From Basidiobolus meristosporus CBS 931.73 (Eukaryota > Fungi > Basidiobolomycota): a stretch of DNA of 64,000 nt. This document shows positions 58,090 to 64,000 of the stretch, piece after piece. Where the stretch lies: contig MCFE01000431.1 of assembly GCA_002104905.1 (NCBI GenBank), positions 1 through 64,000 on the forward strand. The letters are read 5' to 3'. Under the pieces are notes generated by a model, which had not been told where the DNA came from, searched no databases, and was given only the letters and a program-made list of their open reading frames with translations. The first letter of the stretch is position 1. Each line of letters begins with the position of its first letter. Position numbers and translations under genes: made by a program.

Positions 58090-60430
58090 GATTCTGTACT
58101 TAGTTGTCACTTTGGTTTGGTAAGATCATTCAAGAGTTTTGTTACACTTTTCTCTTGGATACCATAGTTTCTTTGTTGAATTCCATTACAGTCAACTGCT
58201 TTACAAGATGTCCTCAGCAGCAAGCAATATAAATCTTTCCATATTGGAAGAGCCCTAAGGAATCAGCAAGAGCTTTCTGAGCAGCCTGAAAACAATATGT
58301 GTGAAAGAGATACCTGGATGCATCAACACTGAAAGCTTATCAAGACCAGATCTGACAATCACTGTAGAGATGAACTTCATGAATTTATATCTGGTTACCA
58401 TGATAAAATTGGAATAATCATAGAAACTCTGGGAAATGTTGCAATAGTAGTTATCAGCATTGAAAATCTACCAAGCCTTGCTCTTCATCAGCTACCAGGA
58501 AGTCATGCCTTTGGATCCTCCAGATATACATCTTACTCTAGATCTGCCAGAGTGGTTGTCTAAGGATCCTTGCCCCTTAATACTGAAGGAGCCAATGCAA
58601 TCAAGAATCCTATTGAGTTTCTTTAAAAGCTTAGTCACACTGTAGCTGCACACCAGCTAGACCCTGACACCAATTGAGCTAGACTTCTGCCTCTCTGTCT
58701 CACCATGCAAGTCACTGATTGAATTGAAGTCAGCATTTGTTTCAATTGTGCGTGGAAAATTGCCTAAACCACTATTGCAGCCATTTGAAGATCCCCTCAA
58801 GAAACCACATTTAAACTGCAACTTATGGAAGACTAATATGCAAGAAGAAGAATTTGTGCAGCACTTCTGTGATGTATTCCAGAGACTTATGGGATTAGCT
58901 GGAGTCAGCAATGCTAATCCATTGCTTACTTCTCTTTTTCTTTAAAATTTTCACACCAGCTACCAAGCAATATTGCTATTGCTAAAGCATGCAACCTTGC
59001 ACATAATTATGACAAGATCTCAGAGACACGTAAACTTGCAATCACTGTGCCTGCAGCTGTTAACCAGGCTTCAGGTGACTTCACTCAAGATCTAGCAACA
59101 ACTAAAAAAGAGGACTGTCATGTGACCAAGAAGAAGGCAACTGCTACCAAGTATTGTGAGCTTCATGGAAGATGCTAACACTCTACCAGTGAATGTAAAG
59201 GCATCAGTAAGCAGTCAAGCAAGTCAGCAAACACCTTAGAAAAGCAGCAAAACACCAAAATTGATAATCCATATGCCAATGACAAATGCTTCAAATGTGC
59301 AAAGGTGGGACATTTATCTCCTACCTGTCCTGCAAAGAATTCTACATCATTGACAAAAGTTACTCATATCCTAGATGATCACTCAGCCAATGACACAACA
59401 GAGTATGAGGAAGCATGTAAAGAACTTACAGTTCAGGATTATCACAACCTCTTTGAATATCCAACTAAAATTGCTACTGCTCAAGAGATGATGCAACCTA
59501 TGACACAGCTAGAAGCCATAGAGGTGTCACTGACCTTGGATGGCCAAATGTATGTAGCACTACTGGATACTGGATCATCCAGCTCTATTGTATCACCTAT
59601 TGTAGCTAAAAAACTCAAATTCAAAATTGAAAACACGCTGGAAAAATCATGGTTAAACCTAAGGACCTCTCAGCCCCTAGAGTTGGTATCACAAACCCAA
59701 TAGACATACATTGTGGCTCAAACTATAATCCAACAAGTAGAAGTTATCAACATTCCAGATGGCCATACAAGGAAACCAAGCCATTCCATAGAACAGTTTC
59801 TGCACTATTTCAGAATCCATTGTCACACTAGAAACCCCATCTGGTGAGTCAACATGGAGGAGGCAATACCTAATTCTGCATTGATGTCAACATTTAGTTG
59901 ATGAAATAGTCCAAAAGTGGGCTGACCATGGATTCATTACCCAAGCTCCTATCAGCACAACATTCAACAGCCCTTTGATGCTTGCACCTAAGAAAGATGC
60001 TGATGCAAATCTAACTCTGAAGAGACCCTGTTAGGACCCCAGATCTCTGCACAAGCTTCTCCAAGATGATAAATTTCCAACTCCAAGAATCCAGGATATC
60101 TTTTCCTCTCTATCAGGGGCAGAGGTATGCTCCAAGTTGGACTTGAAGTATACATAAAACCAACTCCAGATCCATTGTGATCATGAGCATAAGACTGCCT
60201 GTACTTGGAATAATATGCAATGGATGTTTCAGGGTGCCCCCTATGGCCTAAAGGCACATGCCAGCAGGTTCAAGAGAGTCATGGCCACAATGCTCAAGAA
60301 TGCACCATATGTCTTAGTATTTGTTGATGATGTCATCACATTTTCTTCAGACTAGAATGTTCATATTACTCATGTCAGTAATGTAATCAAAAGACTGACA
60401 GCCACTGGACTGATTTTTAGTGCTGAAAAT
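58090..60430 (+). mobile_element. Ty3/gypsy-like relic: gag with zinc knuckle, aspartic protease, 5' part of RT
   Basis: CFKCAKVGHLSPTC (CCHC knuckle), ALLDTGSS, and RT motifs DKFPTPRIQDI, PYGLK and VFVDDVI; stops and frameshifts throughout. Confidence 0.85.
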
Positions 60431-62299
60431 TCCTATGAAAAATAATTTGGTCCCACAGATGGATTGTTGTGCTGTATTATGATTTGTTTAGGGCTTGTTC
60501 CACAATGTAGAGGCTAATCAACAATATACAACAACCTCCTTAATGCTAATACTGAACTAGCTTATTGGAAGCTTAATATACAAATAGAAGATATAACTTT
60601 CATTAATAACAGCAATCTTAGGTTCAAAATATTCTGTAGACAGTGTTTCTCACTTGTACAGCAGTGTTCTGACCTTCTACCAACTATTGGCCTTATTTAC
60701 TTTTGTAGTAACTTCTCTATTTGAAGGTCACTTTCCTTTCTAAGATTATATTTCTTAATATGGAAGTTTTGAACTCCCCTTTAACCTAAAGGGGTATGGT
60801 GTAGTGGTATCTAAAGGGGCGTCCTTAGAGTAAAGGGGTTTCTTAGAGGGGACTTTTCCAATAGAAAAGTGGTAGTTTTCTTGTAGATCATAGATTAGAT
60901 TCCTGAGAGCTGTGCAGTTTCTTTACTGATGTGGTACCAATCAAAGTCAGAATACTCTGCAGTGCAAGTGATGTAATGGAAGTCTTATGACCATTAGATT
61001 TGTAATTGTAGTGTGGAGATTCTGGAAAAGGAGGCTCTCCTTTATTTTTCATCTGGGGAAGTCATATTAATGTAAATTCTGAGGGATCAAAGTCTTCAGA
61101 TGATTGTGCAAGCAATACATGGGATACAAAGCTAAAATTTTGCAGTGGCACTGTGGTGGTGTATAAGTCCAAGGGAGAGATATGTCCAACACTTCTGAAG
61201 TGTTTTGTGTGTGGAGTGTTCACTGGGTGCAATAACATCTAGCAAAAGCTTGCTGGGAATATTTGGGTTCAGTATCTAATCTAATGTGATGGAGAATAAA
61301 GTCATAAACTTGTCAAGGGAAACTATTAAGCTACAATCCCCAACTAAGTTTGTGTCTTAACAAAAGTTTGTGCTGGGTTCAGCAATCTTTGAGATGACAA
61401 TGTACTAAAACCTCCAATGTCAATACAATGGTAAACTCCACCAGCAGGGACTTGATAAGAATGCAGCTGTGGTCAAAAGTTACGAAGACAGAAAAGTATC
61501 TTTGCCTGTACAAGAACAAGCTTGGGAAAGAATCATATAATAAAAGATACCTACTCTAAGTATTTGTCACAAGTAGTGCCTCCAAGGTCAGTTGGCTGCC
61601 AGCCCGGTTTCCTGGGAGTGTCCTGTGGTCTAGGGTTGAAAGCTCAGGTGGCAGCAGGTAGCAATGATCACACTAATCAACAAGTCAGTATATTGATAAA
61701 AGGGATGATGATTTGTTGTTGAGGGATTGCTTCCCTTATATACTTTTCTCACTGGCCAAGCGATTACTAATCATGGTGCTCCAGAAGGTTCCGGAGATCA
61801 ATAGAAATCTTAATGACATCAGAATGAGCTAAGAAAATGCTAAGTAGGTGCTGGAAGGTTCTAAGAGGCACAGCACATTCAATCAATCAGGAATCAGTAC
61901 TCTGAAACCTGTGTAACATAGGGGTACCATATATGGTATAGAAATGATAGGGATGGTTACATGGGTTGACCATGTGTCATAGGTATTGGTGCAGCTACTT
62001 ACCTAATATAGAAGCTCTTACAGCCAGTAATCTTACATACGGTGAGGGATAACTTATGCAACAAGGTAAGCAAGTGTGATAGTCAGTTGGCTTATTGGAT
62101 AGTACTGATCAAGTAAGACAAATGGGATAAAACTAAAATAAGTGTAGTAGAGAAATCTGCATATGCCACATGACATAATGTTTTTGGGTGGATTACTTGT
62201 CAGAGTCTTGAGCTTTTGTCCTTCAAACCTCAAATTTCTCAATCTTTCTTTTGTGAACTACAATAGCAAAAGCAAAATAAAGAAATACATGCCATATTG

Positions 62300-64000
62300 A
62301 TTTGGGATATTGTTGTTATAGAATACTTTCCACTATCACAGGACCCAATCCAGATCAGCCATCAGGATTCTGTTTGGAGACCATCATAATACCAGCAGCT
62401 TGGAATTTGTGGCTCTCTTGACAATCTTATGACAGGATCACAACAGCATTTTGCTAATTTTACTGCCAATTAAAGTTAAAAGACTTGACAGGGTTTGATT
62501 GGTGCTGTGACAATAATAGAATGGCATTTTTGCGGTCTTAATGAGCTCTACAACTAGTTCAAATGGATCTAGCCAGCCAGTACATCCAATTGCCTTATAT
62601 GGCAAAAACTTGACAGTATTCTGATGGCCTCATAGCAAGTCTATGATGGTGTTATCACAGCAGTATAGTGGCCTACAGCTAGTTCTGAATAGTGTTACCA
62701 TACCAATTCAGCAAGTGGTATTTCCTTTTTCTACCTCCTCTTGTGCAATTCATATACTCAACTGTAGAATCACCCCACTTTGTTTGTTTATCCATTACTA
62801 CCTTGAGTATTCCACATATAGCTCAAATCAAAAAAACTATGGCCTCCTGCTTACTAACTTCTATAAATATGTGCATCTGTTGCAATTTACATACTTCTAT
62901 CACCCCAACTTTACAGCTTTTTAGTATGATACTTGTAAAGTTGCCATATACCTTGTACTACTGGTAATATATATATCTTGCAAACATATGCTTGGATGCT
63001 GCCACTTCTGCCATCAATACCTCCTGAATATCTGCAGAGAACCTTTTGGTGTTTAGCAAATATATTCCTTCTCCCTGCTGGATTTTAGTGCCCATATAGG
63101 TGCGCTCCAACTCTTGTTTGTGTGACTTCCATATTGTATGGTGTAGAAGTTGGCTTGTGGTCAAGAGAAGTCTGGAATACCTTGGTAGAGTTCTCATAAT
63201 AAAAAATAGTAGCTTGTAGCACCCAACCCACCTTTGCATTACTTAACTGATTACCCATGCATTGGGGATGCTTAGCTTCTTAATGCCATAGGTATAGGTG
63301 TCTCCATGTGCACATCTTTCTTCTGTATTTTTCCAACTCTTCCTGGCTGTCCTCCATGTGCTAACTCATCACATCCATGACCAACTTGAAGGTAATATTC
63401 TTGATGGGATTGCAACATGGCAGTACCTGTAACTTGACTTGTTTTCCTATCTCCTCACACATCTGCTCCATAGGAAACTCCCAAAAGGTGAAGAAAGGCC
63501 CAATCTTCTCCACACACCAGGCAAGATGGAGTAGAGAATGGATACAGTAGCAGTAGAGATCTATCCATTCAGCCTTATGTTTGTAGTATAGCCACTCAAA
63601 TCCTGTTACAAACTCCTTGCACAACAGCTGTAGATGTGAAGTTGGCATTGATGATTGGCTTCTGAAAAAATATTCTTACAATGTCCACATATGACTCCCA
63701 ATGCTTACAATGTAATCATTGTAGGAATGGCTTCTGAATGCTACTTGCATAAATACATATCTGGTTCATCCAGTCTTTGCATTTGTATTGTCACATATGC
63801 ATATGAATATTGATTGGAGCCTGTTAGAAGTACCTAAGGGAGCAGACACTCTGTAATATCTTGCCAATTCTTTCAAATTTCTTTGGTATCTTAAAAGACT
63901 CATTTAACTTGAAATGCCCCATGAACAACTTGGTCAGCAGTATAGGGATATTGTTGAAAAGCAAATGCATTCCTCCCAGTGGAAAGCTTTTGCTCTAACA
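62300..64000 (-). mobile_element. CACTA/En-Spm (Tnp2-like) transposase relic
   Basis: FEWLYY...CIHSLLHL...IGPFFTFWEFPMEQMCEEI matches the H-x-LLHL...GP...W-x-FPMER pattern of fungal CACTA-type transposases; CpG-depleted. Confidence 0.65.

Noticed and set aside
1-64000. tRNA or rRNA genes
   Set aside because: GGTTCGA-like matches (e.g. ~3313, ~41568, ~46105) lack cloverleaf stems by eye; tRNAscan-SE would be decisive.

Overview
Eukaryotic (fungal) genomic DNA with GT-AG introns. An intron-rich kaptin gene suggests an early-diverging fungus such as Basidiobolus; this is inference, not a database match. The window has four zones. (1) 1-25.4 kb is a fast-evolving accessory island with no introns evident: three DJ-1/Hsp31 glyoxalase-III genes (the third a mosaic of the other two), a duplicated pair of secreted-protein genes ('A' and 'B') inactivated reciprocally in the two copies, further small secreted or orphan ORFs, and pseudogenes of an AAD-type aldo-keto reductase and two YcjY-like alpha/beta hydrolases. 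(2) 25.9-32.9 kb is a CpG-depleted nest of Ty1/copia and Ty3/gypsy relics. (3) 33.2-50.5 kb holds core genes: an HSL-family esterase, a 13-exon kaptin (KPTN, KICSTOR subunit), glucose-6-phosphate dehydrogenase and a C2H2 transcription factor with long non-coding flanks. (4) 50.5-64 kb is CpG-depleted copia, gypsy and CACTA-like relics. No tRNA, rRNA or CRISPR array was seen. All alignments and translations were done by eye; boundaries of degenerate features are approximate.
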